A stretch of DNA of 64,000 nt from Octopus sinensis. Lineage: Eukaryota. The notes beneath the pieces are model-generated. The model did not search any database. It saw nothing but the letters and a program-made list of their open reading frames with translations, and was not told the DNA's origin. The stretch lies in the NCBI RefSeq assembly GCF_006345805.1, contig NC_043008.1:42098001-42162000 (forward strand), written 5' to 3'. Within the stretch, counting starts at the first letter, position 1; each line of letters starts with the position of its first letter. Positions 1-14,559 of this stretch are shown here, one piece after another. Position numbers and translations under genes: made by a program.

Positions 1-180
1 TATATAATATATATATATGTGTGTGTGTGTGTGTATGTGTAAGTCTATGAATCAAGGTATATGTTATTTAAAAGTTTGATTCGGTTATATATCTACACGA
101 ATACACACACATATATATGCATATATATATATATGTAGATGCATAACCGAATCATGTATAGATATCATTTTGTATGTATA

Positions 181-211
<31 letters not shown>

Positions 212-779
212 GTGGGTGTGTGTGTGGTGTGTGTGTTGTGTATGTAGTATGTATATATATATTATATATATATATATATATAAAGAAAGAGGAAGAGGCA
301 AAATGTACAGTTAGCATGTATTGTACATACACTTAGACGCAAATATTTACAAATTCAAATATTCATATCTGCGTGTGTATTTGCGTATCTGTGTGTGTGT
401 TTGTATTTATGGCCTACCACCGATTGACAACCGGTGTTGGTCTGTTTCTGTCACCGTAACTTTGATGTTCGGTAAAAGAAACGGATATTGGAGTCGATTC
501 GTTCGACTAAATTTCATCAAGGCTGTACCCCAGCATGGCCGCAGTCTGAAGCAACTAAAAGAATAACAGAACTGATTATTATACAGCATAACCTCTCTGT
601 TTCTCTATGGATCGGTCTATCTCTCACTCGTTCTGATCGACATTCCTCCTGTGACGTTCCACACCGAACTGACATATTGATTAAACTCCCCTCACAAACA
701 ATCATCTTAACTTCTAATTTCTTAATTAATATCTCTTGCTCTCGTCCAAAAAAATATTGAACAGGATAATTGCAGTTAC

Positions 780-1295
780 TGCTGCTGCTGCTGCTGTTGT
801 TGTTGTTGGTGGTGGTGGTGGCGGTGGTGGTGGTGGTGGTGGTGGTGGTGGTGGTGGTGGTGGTGGCGGTGGTGGTGGTGGTGGTGGTGGTGGTGGTGGT
901 GGTGGTGGTGGTGGGGCGGTGATGGTGGTGGTGGTCGTCGTCGTCGACGTCGTGATCGTGGTGGCGGCGGCGGCGTTTGTGGTGGTGGTAGTGGTAGTAG
1001 TGGTGGTGTGGTGGTGGTGTGGTGGTCGTGGTAGTGTAGTGGGGGTTTGGTTGTGGTGGTGGTGGTAGTGGTGTGGTAGGCGATGTGGTGTTTGTGGTGA
1101 TGGTGGTGGTAATGGTAGTGGAGGTGGTGGTGGTGTAGTCAGTGATCGTGGTTATTGGAGGGGCTTAGACATAATGGTTGTGGAACAGACTGCTTTTACT
1201 AGTGATGATGTAAATGCTGTTATTAGTATCAGAACTGGTGATACAGTGGTGGTGGTGGTGTGGTGGTGGTGGTGGTGGTGGTGGTGGCGCTGTTG
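780..1295. repeat. Compound (GCT)/(GTT)/(GGT)n trinucleotide tract
   Basis: Long GGT runs with variant units. Confidence 0.95.
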
Positions 1296-1410
1296 GTGGT
1301 GAACTTATGTTCGCTTACTTTTTAGTTTAAAATATTTTCTGTTTAATTTAATGAAATAGGATGGTATTTACAGATAATTTACATTGATAGAGGAAAGAAG
1401 GAGAGAGGGA

Positions 1411-1441
<31 letters not shown>

Positions 1442-1808
1442 TTCATAGATAGGTAGATAGATGGATGGATAGATGGATGTTTGTCCCCCCCCCACCATCG
1501 TTTGACAACCAATGCTGGTGTGTTTACGTTCCAGCAACCTACTGGTTCGGCAAAACAGCACGATAGAATAAGTACTAGGTTTACAAAGAATACGCTCTGG
1601 GGTCGAAATGCTGGTCTAAAGGCGGTGTTCCAGCATGACCGCAGTCAAATGACTGATACAAATAAATACAAAAAATACGTACATAGAGAGACAGAGAGAG
1701 GAGGAGAGGGAGACAGGGAGACAGGGAGAGAGGAAGAGAGGAGGATATTTATATGAGTAGAGATAGATAAGTAGATAGATAGACAGATAGATATATATAT
1801 ATATATAT

Positions 1809-1870
<62 letters not shown>

Positions 1871-1875
1871 GGATG

Positions 1876-1945
<70 letters not shown>

Positions 1946-1953
1946 AAGATATA

Positions 1954-2035
<82 letters not shown>

Positions 2036-2172
2036 TATTGGTGGATTGGTAGGCAGGCAGTTGTTTAGGTAGAATGATGGATAGATCATTAAAGAAAAGT
2101 GAGAAAGAATGAAAGAAGTAACAGTCAACAAACACAGATGAAAGAAGACAAAAGCTTTATCTTGTAGTATCA

Positions 2173-2204
<32 letters not shown>

Positions 2205-3611
2205 TTGGAGAGAGGCAGAGAGCGTGTCGGTAAGAGTACTGCGTGGGATATTATTATCTTAAGAGAAGTGTTGCAATAATGGGGAGAGAATCTGATAACA
2301 CAGAGTGCAAAAAGTGAGAGACTTAGATAGACCGGTAGACAGACATAGATTGAAAGCGAGAGATCCAATATGGAGGAGAAGGAAAAAGGAACAAAGCACT
2401 TGAGTGAGCGGAAAGTGAGGTTAAGCTAAAGGGAGATTAGTGAGAAACACTTAAATTCTTTTTTAATAGGTCGAAAGAAGATCCTGAACAGCCTGAATCG
2501 ATTTTCTTATTGGAATGGTTATAAGAAGTGCCTACGTTACTTGACCAATCCCGGAGAGACAAACAGCTATCATCTTTATACATACACGTGAAATCTAGTA
2601 CCTTCAGAGAATCGGAGCTACTAATTTGCATATTATAATTTGCATATTAGAAATTTATCTCGTATGTATGACTACATGTATGAATCCGTGCAAGAATACG
2701 TGTGTGCAAATATAGATCCATGCACATACGTATGGATGCACGCTTCCATGTCAGTATGCACGTATGTATGCGTGATACTATGTATGAATATTGCATGTAT
2801 GCATGTGTGCACTAACGTAAATACCCGCGAACTTGTAAAACTACTGGTTTCCATCGATGTTGCCCTCATGTTGCATGAGCCGTGGGGGTGCTTCGAATCA
2901 AGTCGAAGCTGGTGTGTTACGTGGTATTTCGTGACAATCGTTTATTTTTAATCTCTAATATAAGAAAAACAAAGAAAACAAATATCAAAATTATATACCC
3001 CTAAGGGCTGCGATGGACATTCGAAGCATGGACTGATTAAAAAGAAATAAACCACTGATGGAAATTTGTGGAGTTTTTTTTTTCAAACAAACAAGCATTT
3101 CTCCCCATCAAATAGAAAAAAAATTGACCGTCAAGATATGTTTAGATTCTACGAGCCCTTTTTGTTTTTTTGTTTTTTTAAGGGGTTGGGGAGGCATTTT
3201 TATGAAACTCAAATGGCACCATTTTCGAAACTGCTTCACTGAAACTATAAACAGTTTTGAGGGAATCAGATTATAGATCGGTAGCAGTTTTAAACGCAAC
3301 CTATCCCAAGTGTTGTAAATTAATATAAATATAATTACTTAAGTATTGATAAATGCTGGAAGACACACACACATATATCTGTGTGTGTGTTCGTATGTAA
3401 TTCTGCCTATATGCATACATATATATACATGTATATATCTATCTATCTATCAATCTCTCTCCCCCTCTCTCTCTATATATATATATAAATATATATATAT
3501 TTGTATTATATATATATATATATATATATACATATGTTTACGTATAGACATATATACGCCTGCTTATATGCATATAACTATATATGTACACATGTCAATA
3601 TATATATCTAT

Positions 3612-3676
<65 letters not shown>

Positions 3677-4740
3677 GATATGTGTGTGTGTATATAAATA
3701 CGCACACATACTTCTGTATATATATACAACGTGCGCGTGTGCGCGAGCGTATTGCATTTTCGCGAGTGACCAAAATAATGCCAGCCAAGAATTTCCGTTC
3801 ATCTCAATTTGTCTTTACTATTTTTAGAATCTGTCAAATATATTTATCGATCGATGACTATTCAATACATTTTACTGTTCAGTTGTGTACGCTGGTGTGC
3901 TTGTGTGAATGTATGTATGTGAGGTATGCATATGCATACATGTATATGCAAACTCATATTCTGTTATTCTTTATTCTTTTACTTGCTTCAGTCATTTGAC
4001 CGTGGCCGTGCTGGAGCACCGGCTTCTAGTCGCAGAAATCGAGCTATGGACTTATTTTCTGTAAGCCTAGTCGTGATTCTGTCGAAGGCTTCTACCGAAC
4101 TGCTAATTTACTGGACGTAAACAAACCAACAACAGTTGTCAAGCGATGGTGGTGGGGACACACACACAAACACTCAAATATATATCAGAAATAATGATTC
4201 AGTTGAATTTGATACTTAAGTTGAGACACAAAGTCAGTCCAGTATTATCCGCACAGCTCGAAGTAAGGTGAATAAGTATCAATTAGAAACAAGGATGTCA
4301 TAGTATTAATGTCATACGGTCGTTTCATCGAACAATGCAAGCATTTCTTTGAAATACAGCGCCATCTTCAGTTACAAACTATAAATTTTCAACGGACAGG
4401 ATATTCTATTATAATGTTTTTAGCAAATGTTTCATCAGAGTTAGAGAATAAAAGAGTTCTAGGCTGTCACTATTGTGGGAAAGATAAGCTTAGAGAGAAA
4501 ACAACTAGAATTTTGGAATGGCTCAAGTCGTTCACAGAGGGGGTGATGGGATTGTAATTCATTTCCAGTTTTTATCTATCCCTTATAATCGAAAGATCTA
4601 ATTCATCTAGTGTACTGCCTTTTGGTAGAATTAAGACTACTAGGAATTGACAGTTCAGATGTAGTTGCTAGGCATAAATAAATATTATTTGATGTTCCCC
4701 CAACCCTTAATTCCCTATGGCTCTAAATTCCCTTGACAAC

Positions 4741-4840
4741 NNNNNNNNNNNNNNNNNNNNNNNNNNNNNNNNNNNNNNNNNNNNNNNNNNNNNNNNNNNN
4801 NNNNNNNNNNNNNNNNNNNNNNNNNNNNNNNNNNNNNNNN
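4741..4840. other. Assembly gap (100 N)
   Basis: Run of 100 n. Confidence 1.
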
Positions 4841-5626
4841 TTTATTTTATAGGCCTACTAAAGTATACAATGCGTTTCTTTGCCCTAAGTGTCGGGAAAA
4901 CACTCAGCCAAAAACAAAAACAAAACTGAAAGACGTAAAAGTCATATTAATATTTCTGTGATGTAGGATTAAAGGTCTGATATTTAGAAGGAGGGACCTA
5001 GTCCAGTGGTTCTCAAAGTGGGTCCGCGGTCCCTTAGAGGACCCGAAGCGATCTTAGGGTGATGGCGAAGAAACGCTGAAGTATCGTGTAAACAGGGCTC
5101 CCTGAGAAAGTTTTAAAATTTCAAGACTTCCAATTTTTCATATGCTATCGTCGTTTTATGTCATTGGCCTCCAAACCCCACACCACACCTATACACTCAT
5201 TTACTAAAGTATGATTGGCCAATAGAAACTATGTAGGTATAATGGTTCGTTGTGCATGTGCTGTTGGTATTTTCCTTTCTCATTTGTTTTGTAACCAATC
5301 GATCAACTGATTCCCCATATTTCCATGTGCTTTTATTGTAACCCAATGGGGTTTGCCTGTCTAGGTTGTGATTTTCGGGGTTGCGAGTAGTGCGAGTAGT
5401 GCGGTCTGTGAGTAGTGCGGTTCATAGTCCGAAAATTACGCTACATGAATGTATTAATTTTTTGCCCTGTTAATTATCCTACATTTTCTAGGAAGGGGAC
5501 TGGAATGTAAAATGTTTTGAAAAGGTTGAGAATCACTGATCTAGTCGATGTGATCTAGTTGTATGTGCGTGTATGCATGTATGCGTACATCTGTATGTAT
5601 ACACATGCATATACGTGTGTGTGTGC

Positions 5627-5703
<77 letters not shown>

Positions 5704-5740
5704 TATATATATATATATAGATATATAGATATCTATATAT

Positions 5741-5819
<79 letters not shown>

Positions 5820-6633
5820 CAGAGATGCAGAGAGAGACAGAGTGAGAGAGAGGGGGAGGCTGCACGCTCTACTGTGCACTTTAGAATTCATTCTTTTCTA
5901 TTTCCTTCGATGGAAATATAAACACTATAAATATATATATAACATCACAAACCGACACAAAATAAGATGTGGCAAGTTATTTAACCTTAACCGAAACTTC
6001 TCGACTGTATGATTGAAAAATAAATATTTTCCTATCGCATTCATAATACAAAACTGAACTGTCAACAAGGGATATCGATTTGTCTGTCCACAGATCTTCA
6101 CAATATGGCGATTCCATTGAACCATACACTACGTTTAGACAGGAAAATTAAAAGATTGTTTTATAACTATTCCATAAAAGTTCTCTTCTACTGACGTAGA
6201 TCTCTCTCTCTCTCCCTCTCTCTCTCTCTCTTGTATCGAGTACAATTCTAAGACCTCGATATTCTCCACAAAGTATTATCTTATTGCCTAAGATGAAATA
6301 TTATAGCATTACAGATATTGGAATATAAATTTGAATTTATTAAAAAAAAATTATCCAACATGACTTCTTAATTTTTTTGATTTATATTTCAATTTACATT
6401 TTTATAGCTTTATGAATTATTATATCTTTTATTATGATATTTATCACTTATTTTTTAAACTATATTCTTTTCTCATCGAATAGAATAATAAAATTTCTTC
6501 TTTCTCGTATATCTTGTTTCTCTTTAATGTTCTTCTGTACATTTATAAAGAGGAAAGTTTTCTACACCCAAATGCTTCCATATAAAATACAGAAACATCG
6601 TGATTACGTCGCTAGTAATCCATCTTCATCTAG

Positions 6634-6973
6634 TACGTGGGTGAGTCAAAAAGAAATGCCATTTTGTTTATGGCCGGTATAATTACCAACACAGGAACAT
6701 GTATTATATATCAAAACGAAGCTGGTCCTCTGTGGAACACATCCTTACTCCTCAAAATAGTCACCATTTCTCTCAATAGCAATGTCTCACCTTCGAATGA
6801 GAGCATGTATCCCTGCCCCATAAAATTCTGTTGATTTTTCTTTGAGCCATTTCTTCACTACCTCCACACTCACCTGATTTATCACCTTCAGACTATCATC
6901 TCTTCGGCCCCATGAAAGAGGGTTTGAGAGGCAAACATTATTCCAGTGACGTGGAAGTGAAAACTGTAGTGAA
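6634..6973. mobile_element. Mariner 3' end relic with an internal inversion
   Basis: Plus 6867-6973 encodes HSPDLSPSDYHLFGPMKEGLRGKHYSSDVEVKTVV. Minus 6866-6634 encodes VKKWLKEKSTEFYGAGIHALIRR*DIAIERNGDYFE followed by the terminal sequence. Confidence 0.85.
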
Positions 6974-7448
6974 CGTAACCCAGAGCGTAACACAATTTTC
7001 ATGGTGTAGAATCGACTAAATTTAAAGCACTCCTCTCTGGACGGGACGCCAGTTCCTCGCAGACTTAATTCCATAACTTCTGCTGGAACTCATTTACAGC
7101 TGAAAGCAGTAGAGCAACGTGATATGAAGTGTTGCGCTCCAGTACACAAAATACCGCCGGATCCGGAAATCGACGCCATCGTCTCAGGATTGCGAGCGCA
7201 ATGCGCTACACACAAGGCCACATATATACATGATATTTACATAAATGTTAGGATTTGTTCAGTTCGAATGATTAAGTCCATCGCTACTGTCCCGTTTCTC
7301 TGCTCACATATATAGAAAAGTATATTTAATACTTATGAATAACTCGATATTACTTTCAACATCGCTGTTTACATTTACTTAAAATGAATGTGAGCATTTG
7401 TAATGTGGGTGTGTGTGTATGTATTCAAGTTTGAATGTTTTACGTATG

Positions 7449-7479
<31 letters not shown>

Positions 7480-7969
7480 TGTATGTATGTATGTATGTAT
7501 GTGTGTATGTATGTATGTATGTATGTATGCATGTACGTGTTTGTGTATAGTGTTTGTATGTTTGTACTTTTTGAGTGCTTGTGTGTTTATGTTGATATAT
7601 ATATTTATATATATACATGCATATATATATATATATAAATATTTATGTATATATGTTTCTATATATGTGTGTGTACATCCGCTTTGTATATATATTATAT
7701 ATGTGTATATATATATATATATATACGTGTGTGTACATCGTGTACATCTGCTTTGTATATATATATATATATATATTCGTATTCATTTGTGGGTGGGTGT
7801 GCAAATGTGTGTGTAGGTAGAAATGTAATCCGGAAAGAGAAGTAATGCTCAACAACCAAGTATATTTCTCCAAATATGACTCACAAAATTGTCCATCAAC
7901 GAATGTAACACAAATAACCAATATTTACAAACCCCGTACACAAACGCAAACACTCACATACTTATACAC

Positions 7970-8028
7970 ATTACATGCATGTCAGAAATACACACACACA
8001 CACACGCATATGTATTTAACATATATAA

Positions 8029-8070
<42 letters not shown>

Positions 8071-8251
8071 TATATATAATATAATATATATATATACATA
8101 TAAATATATATATATATATACATATAATATATATATATATATATAATATATATAGATATATATATATATGCATGTACATATATATACATATATATATATA
8201 TACATATATATATGTATATATATATATACATATAAATATATATATATATAG

Positions 8252-8282
<31 letters not shown>

Positions 8283-8300
8283 ATGTATATATATATATAC

Positions 8301-8338
<38 letters not shown>

Positions 8339-8358
8339 ATATATATATATATATCTAT

Positions 8359-8435
<77 letters not shown>

Positions 8436-8445
8436 AGATATATAT
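7970..8445. repeat. Long degenerate (TA)n microsatellite, representative of dozens of (TA)n, (CA)n, (GATA)n, (CATA)n, (CAT)n and (AAT)n tracts in the window
   Basis: Seen directly. These tracts account for most ORFs in the supplied track. Confidence 0.95.
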
Positions 8446-8664
8446 GCACTTTATCATTGGCAATTCTAAGAACCTGACTTGCTACAAGTTCATACAAATA
8501 TTTTTTTTCTCGTCTATATCAAAACTGTGTAGTCATGTGACATTATTAGAAAAAATGTAAATTTATGTATGTATGTCTTTGAACGAGTGTATGTATAGCA
8601 TGTATGTGTGCGTGTATATGTATGTATGTATATATGCATGCATATATATATGAATGGGTGTATG

Positions 8665-8707
<43 letters not shown>

Positions 8708-8718
8708 TTTGAATCCCG

Positions 8719-9103
8719 CTCTTGTTTCAGTCATCTAACTGCGGCCATGCTGGGGCACCGCCTTTTGTAGAATAAACTAACCCATGGACTTATATTTTGT
8801 AAGCTTAGTACCTATTCCTTCGGTCACTTATTGCTGAACCGCTTAGTTACGGAGACTTAAACACACCAACATCGGCTTTCAAACGATTGAAGGGGAGGGC
8901 AAACATAGACGCACATATAAACATATACATATAAACATATACAACGGGTTTCTTTCAGTTTCCGTCTACCAAATCCAATCGCATGGCTTTGGTCGGCCCG
9001 AGGCTATAGCAGAAGACACTTGCCCAAGGTACCATGCAGTGGGACGAACCCGGAACCCTGTGGTTGGGAAGGAAGACCCTTACCACATAGCCACACCTGC
9101 GCC
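8719..9103 (-). mobile_element. Near full-length SINE family A copy, reverse orientation
   Basis: Reverse complement of the 45795-46182 element over its length. Confidence 0.85.
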
Positions 9104-12100
9104 TATGCATATATATATATGTGTGTGTGTGTGTGTCTGTGTGAATATATGTATGTTTGCATGTAGGTATATATTTATTTGCATATGGATATACATATAT
9201 ATCTATCTGTATGTGAATATGTATGTATATGCTATGTATGCATGGATTTATGCATATATGTGCAGGGGAGGATCTGTGGGTGCAAATATACAGATGTATG
9301 ACGCAGTATTACTAAAATCCTATTGCACCCTTCTTTCCTGGCCCACCACCTCGAACCGCTAACAAATGAATGACTCAGCAATTTTTAAACCCATCAAATC
9401 TCCTTCCCAGGACATCTTAATCTCATTCCCTGTTAAGCTAATCTGAAAATCCAGTGAGTTTGCGGCCCAACCTTGGTAAACTTGGACCGAGCACACACAC
9501 TACGAGCTTATCATGTTGACTAAACATTCAGTTCACACAGGTTTGTGTAATTGAGAGAGATGGTGAGAGTGGGAAAGAGCGAAAATGAGAGAGAGAAAAG
9601 GAAAAGGTGAGAGAGAAAAAGAAATAGAAGAGATGAGAAGGAGTGGTTGAGAAAGAGGGAGGGATTGAGGAGTGGGAAAGAGAATAATAGAGAGATAGGG
9701 GGAGAGAGAGAACAGGAGTTTAAAGATATATATTGTCATGAACTAATTTGGGGTTACTGGAAAATGTACCACAAAATATAGAGTCAGCTTTTTTCTCTTT
9801 TTACGAGATCAGTTAATAGTTTTAATAAATAATTAATATTTATAGCCGCAGCCATAAAAGCATTATTAATGTTAATGAAAATAATATCCAAAGTTAAATG
9901 GGAGAGAACTCGTGGGATTGATTATAAAAAATTTTTAATGCTAGATGATAGGTGCAATTGTGTGTCTGTGTGAATATTATACAAATATTGCAATCTCTTA
10001 CTGATCTTATTCCAACCAAATGTTACCCAGATTTTTATAGTACTCAGTACTACCACTTCAGCAATCAATAACTTATGCCTATGTGCCTACTTTTTAAACG
10101 CCGATCAGTTCTGAGTGAATATTCTATGACTAAAGATTTAATGTTATTGATTAATGAATTCCGATTTAATAACCCATCACTAAAGATAAAAATATATTCC
10201 ATGCGCATTGGCAAGGACATCCTTTTTAGCATTGTGCATCAAGGGATTCCATTATTAATATAGGCCCTTCATTTCTTAATGCCATCGGATATCATATGAA
10301 ACACGTTCTGTTGTTGTTTCTAGCAATTTAGGAGACCACAACTAAGCTTCCCTAATTAGAGTAGACTTAATATATTTCTTGCTCGAAATATGTCTGCCGC
10401 TAACAGAAAATATAAATGAACCAGACAAATATTTAATTGGGTTACCAACCCAAAGATCATGGGTTCAAATCACATACAATTATCATATTATGCTTCTCTT
10501 TGAGACGTCTAATTAATTGATTCTTCAGTTTACCAAAATAGATACGATTTGCTGGTGAAAAGTCAATAGATGTGACACTATAAATGATCGATATCTTTAA
10601 TCATATATTTTATTTTATTTATCGATTTTATGTATGTGATAGATATTTCGCATAAACTTAAGTTTAAATAATAACTCTTTACATTTTAATTGGTTTCACT
10701 CAGTCGACTGTGGCCGTACTGGAGCACTGCGTTTAGAATAAAATCCTCAACAAGAATCGCCGGTCACCATGGTAACAGTGTGCATAATCCAAAGACTAAT
10801 CCGATGATTTTACCGAATGATAAAATCTTCCCTAATGAGAAAAGTAAACTGTCAATGTGTCGGTCGCTCTCCGACAGATTTATGGTCGAGCCAGTGACCG
10901 TTTCCACCTCCGGCATTTTTAGCCCTCGGACCATATCCTTGCTATCGGGGCAGAGATTGCTGTCCGCAAGTGCGAGCCCTGCCAGTCATAATAGCTGTTC
11001 CAGCGCTATTATCTCCCTCTCTATCATCCGGGGCAATCCCTTTTCCATTCTATCTGCAGGGGCCATGAGAAATATTTCTATATTGTGAGAGGAAAGATTA
11101 TCTGTTAATCCCAATAGATTAACCTCTCTTAGATACTCCAACATGTACTTATCATCTGAAACAACAAACACGAATCATATACCATAATCAATTATTAACC
11201 GATTATAAGAATTTCTCTTGTCTATCCCTTTACAGGGAAGACACAGGATGAACATTTTTCATTGGTGATCGTCCTGTCTTTTATTTAGGGAACTATAAAC
11301 ATCTGGGTCTTCATTTTCAGACGATGATTTAAAAGAGAGCCAGCTCTTAATTCTAACACTTCAAGTAAGAATGTTTTATACAATATTCTCTAATTATATC
11401 CATTTGTGTGTTTGGCTGTTTGGAATGGTTGGTTAATCTGACGTTCGAAACAAATTCTCTATTTTAATCACAACAGATCTTGACTGCCGCAAAAAGGGGT
11501 TTATAAACATTACTTATTGTAAAGATTTTTTATCGATTCGTAAAACTCAGTCTTCGGTGATGCAAAAATGAAAGTGAAAGGAAAGGAGTTTACGGAAATT
11601 ATTATCAGCAATACGTTGAGAACAATTCCCAAAACGTTCTGTGACGCAATGGTGAGAATAGATTTCTTTAGACATTGAAAGTAGAACTTGATGTAAGAAC
11701 TTATGGAGAGACTCTCTGGAGGATCAACAACACTATTCAAGATCCCAGAAGCAAATGCCATATGGGAAAATAGGAATTCTCCATAATTTTGGTTTTTAAC
11801 ATCGATACAAGACCTCAAATTGTGGGATGGATGCAGTCCGTTGTATTGCTCACTTCCCACTGTTTGGTTGTACCAATTGCACTCAACGTATTGCCGATAA
11901 TAATTTTTATAGATTACTTTACCAGAAGGATAAAAGGTAATGTCTGACCTTGACAGCAGGATTTGAACTTGGAAAGATAACTTCTTATAACCAAGTATGG
12001 AATCCATTTTGTTCGATTTTTGTACGTATGATTTGTCCTTCAATCATTGGGATTCGACATACGCGCTGTCAATAATTTTTATAGGACAGAAAGAGACTCC

Positions 12101-13894
12101 TTTATCGTAAGCAACTATAAGCCAAGAAACTCTGGTCGAAACTGAAATGTTAAATGGTTAGAAACATCTTCGCATCAAAGCAGAGTTGTATGATAAAGTA
12201 CGGTTGAAAGATAAAGAAATATACATATAAGCCAATCATTGCAATAAAAAATATAAAATAGAGAGTATGTTTTTGACTGGAGATTCCATCTCTCTCTCTA
12301 TCACTCTCTTTCTGTCTCCCCCTCTGTCTGTCTGTCTGTCTGTCTGTATGTCTCTCTCTCCCTCCCTCTCTCAACCGCCTCTCTCCTCTATATATTCTTT
12401 ATTGACCCATGACAGATGTAAAACCTGAGACTGACACTCACATCTTTACACGAACAGACTAAAAAGACGAACTGTAATAAGTTGGAGGCAGATGGCAGCA
12501 TTGCAACTGTGGTATATTTGTGTAAAAGAACCTAGGAAATTGGTACAGAACATACATAGAAGAACATAAACATGTTTCACGGATATCTTGCTATGAATTA
12601 AATACCATAGAATTTCTATGGACATCATTAAAATTCTTTGATACATTTATATTCCATTCGATAATTAAACTCGTGAGGCAGTAGTTATTGTCGAAATAAA
12701 AAAAAGCTAACATAATTTTCTAAAATTCCTGATAATAGAATGTGAGATGAAAGTTTGATAAATATCAAAATCTCAAAATGATTGCAAGAAGATATGCCTA
12801 AAGGAACACAGGAAGCGCTAACATTGACGTCTGTGAAGAAACGTCTTTAATGGGGTTAGACAAACGATGAACTACAGACGGGAAGAAAGATTGAGTGAGA
12901 ATAATATAGTGAAAAAAACTTCAGCCGGAATATTGATTGGTTCGGCTGGCAAAAGAGCAGGAATTTTGAAAGTAACCTCGGTCGATTAGATTAACATGCT
13001 AGTCCTTGGATATCTAATTTATCGATCCCATTGAAGTGATTAAAGTAAAGATTTACTAGGAGAAATTTGGAAAGATAAAGGAATATAACCACGTATTTTA
13101 ATACACTTTAACCAGCGAATTACTAATGCTACCTTGTACATTCTGCTTGTATGTAAATAACAACAACAACAATAATAATAATAATAATAATAATAATAAT
13201 TCTTTCTCCTATAGCCACAAGGCCTAGATTTTGTAGGGGGGGGGGGCACAGTCGATCACATCGACCGCAGTACTCAACTTATCGATCCCCAAGGATGGAA
13301 GGCAAAGTCGACCGCGCGGGAATTTGAACTCAGACCCTAGCGACGGGCGAAATACTGCAAAGCATTTTGCCCCGCGTGTTAACGATTCTGCTAGCTCGCT
13401 GCATCATTAATAATACCAATAATAATAATAATAATAATAATGATAATAATAAAAAAAAACAATAATAATTATTTCTATAATAGGCATAAGGGCTGAATTT
13501 TGGGGAGATGGGTCTCATCGATTACTTCAACCCCACTGCTTGTTAGGTAGTTATTTCATCGACCCAGAAAAGATGAAAGGCAAAACACGGCCGCGGAAAT
13601 ATTTGAACCAGGGACATAAAGAACCAGTAGAAATACTGGTAAGCATTTTGTTCGCCGCAGTAATGGTTTCTGAATTTGAGACAAGGACATCAATTTTGAT
13701 TGAAGGGAATTAATCGATAGTATCGTCCTTCAGTCCTTGACTGGACGATACGCATTCTGAAATACACGAAGATGCAATGATTGCAAATGGAGCGCCCTCT
13801 AACATCGATCTTCTCGAGTAGAGCTTACCTGCTGTCAGGTACCAACAGGATCGTCATCATCATAATCACTATAATCGTCGTTGTCGTCGTCCTT

Positions 13895-13927
<33 letters not shown>

Positions 13928-14559
13928 GTCGTCCACATCATCGTCGCTGTCGGCGTCAATATCAAAGGCGGCATTGCTACTACTACAACTGTTACTGCTG
14001 CCATTTTTTCATGAAAATGAAAGGTCGTAAAACTAAAAGTATAACATATTTAATACAACCCCATGGACTCAAATACATATTCTATTTCTATAGACTAACG
14101 TGTCTTACTTTCAACCTGTCTGTATATTATTTTATTCATATGATATTACACCTTAGTTCATAAGCAGTTTGAGGACTGTTAAAATGACTAGATTCATATG
14201 ATAAAAATACAAAAATGGGGATTATTTTAATGATACAAATGCAAATCCACTTGTTGGTCAAAAGAATGCTTCAGAATTGAAAGTATTTTTATTATACTTG
14301 CTCGGCAGAGTGAAAGTTTGATTTTTTTTCCCTCTTATTTCTATAAACATTACTTGTTTCATGAATACAATACAATATCAAAATGGCCATCTTTTGTTAA
14401 TCATTTGTCTTTATTTATTTATGTATATATTATTTATTTTCACTCGTTGCTGTTTTCCTGTTTGTGTCACTGATCTTCCTATTCCATTTTTCTTTTTACT
14501 CTCGCGTGTTCTTCACAAGCTTTTTTGTCTAACAGTTTCTTTCCTTATTAAACTTGTAG

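Noticed and set aside
736-1068. Poly-Gly/Val ORF
   Set aside because: Translation of a (GGT)n microsatellite; no splice or domain support.
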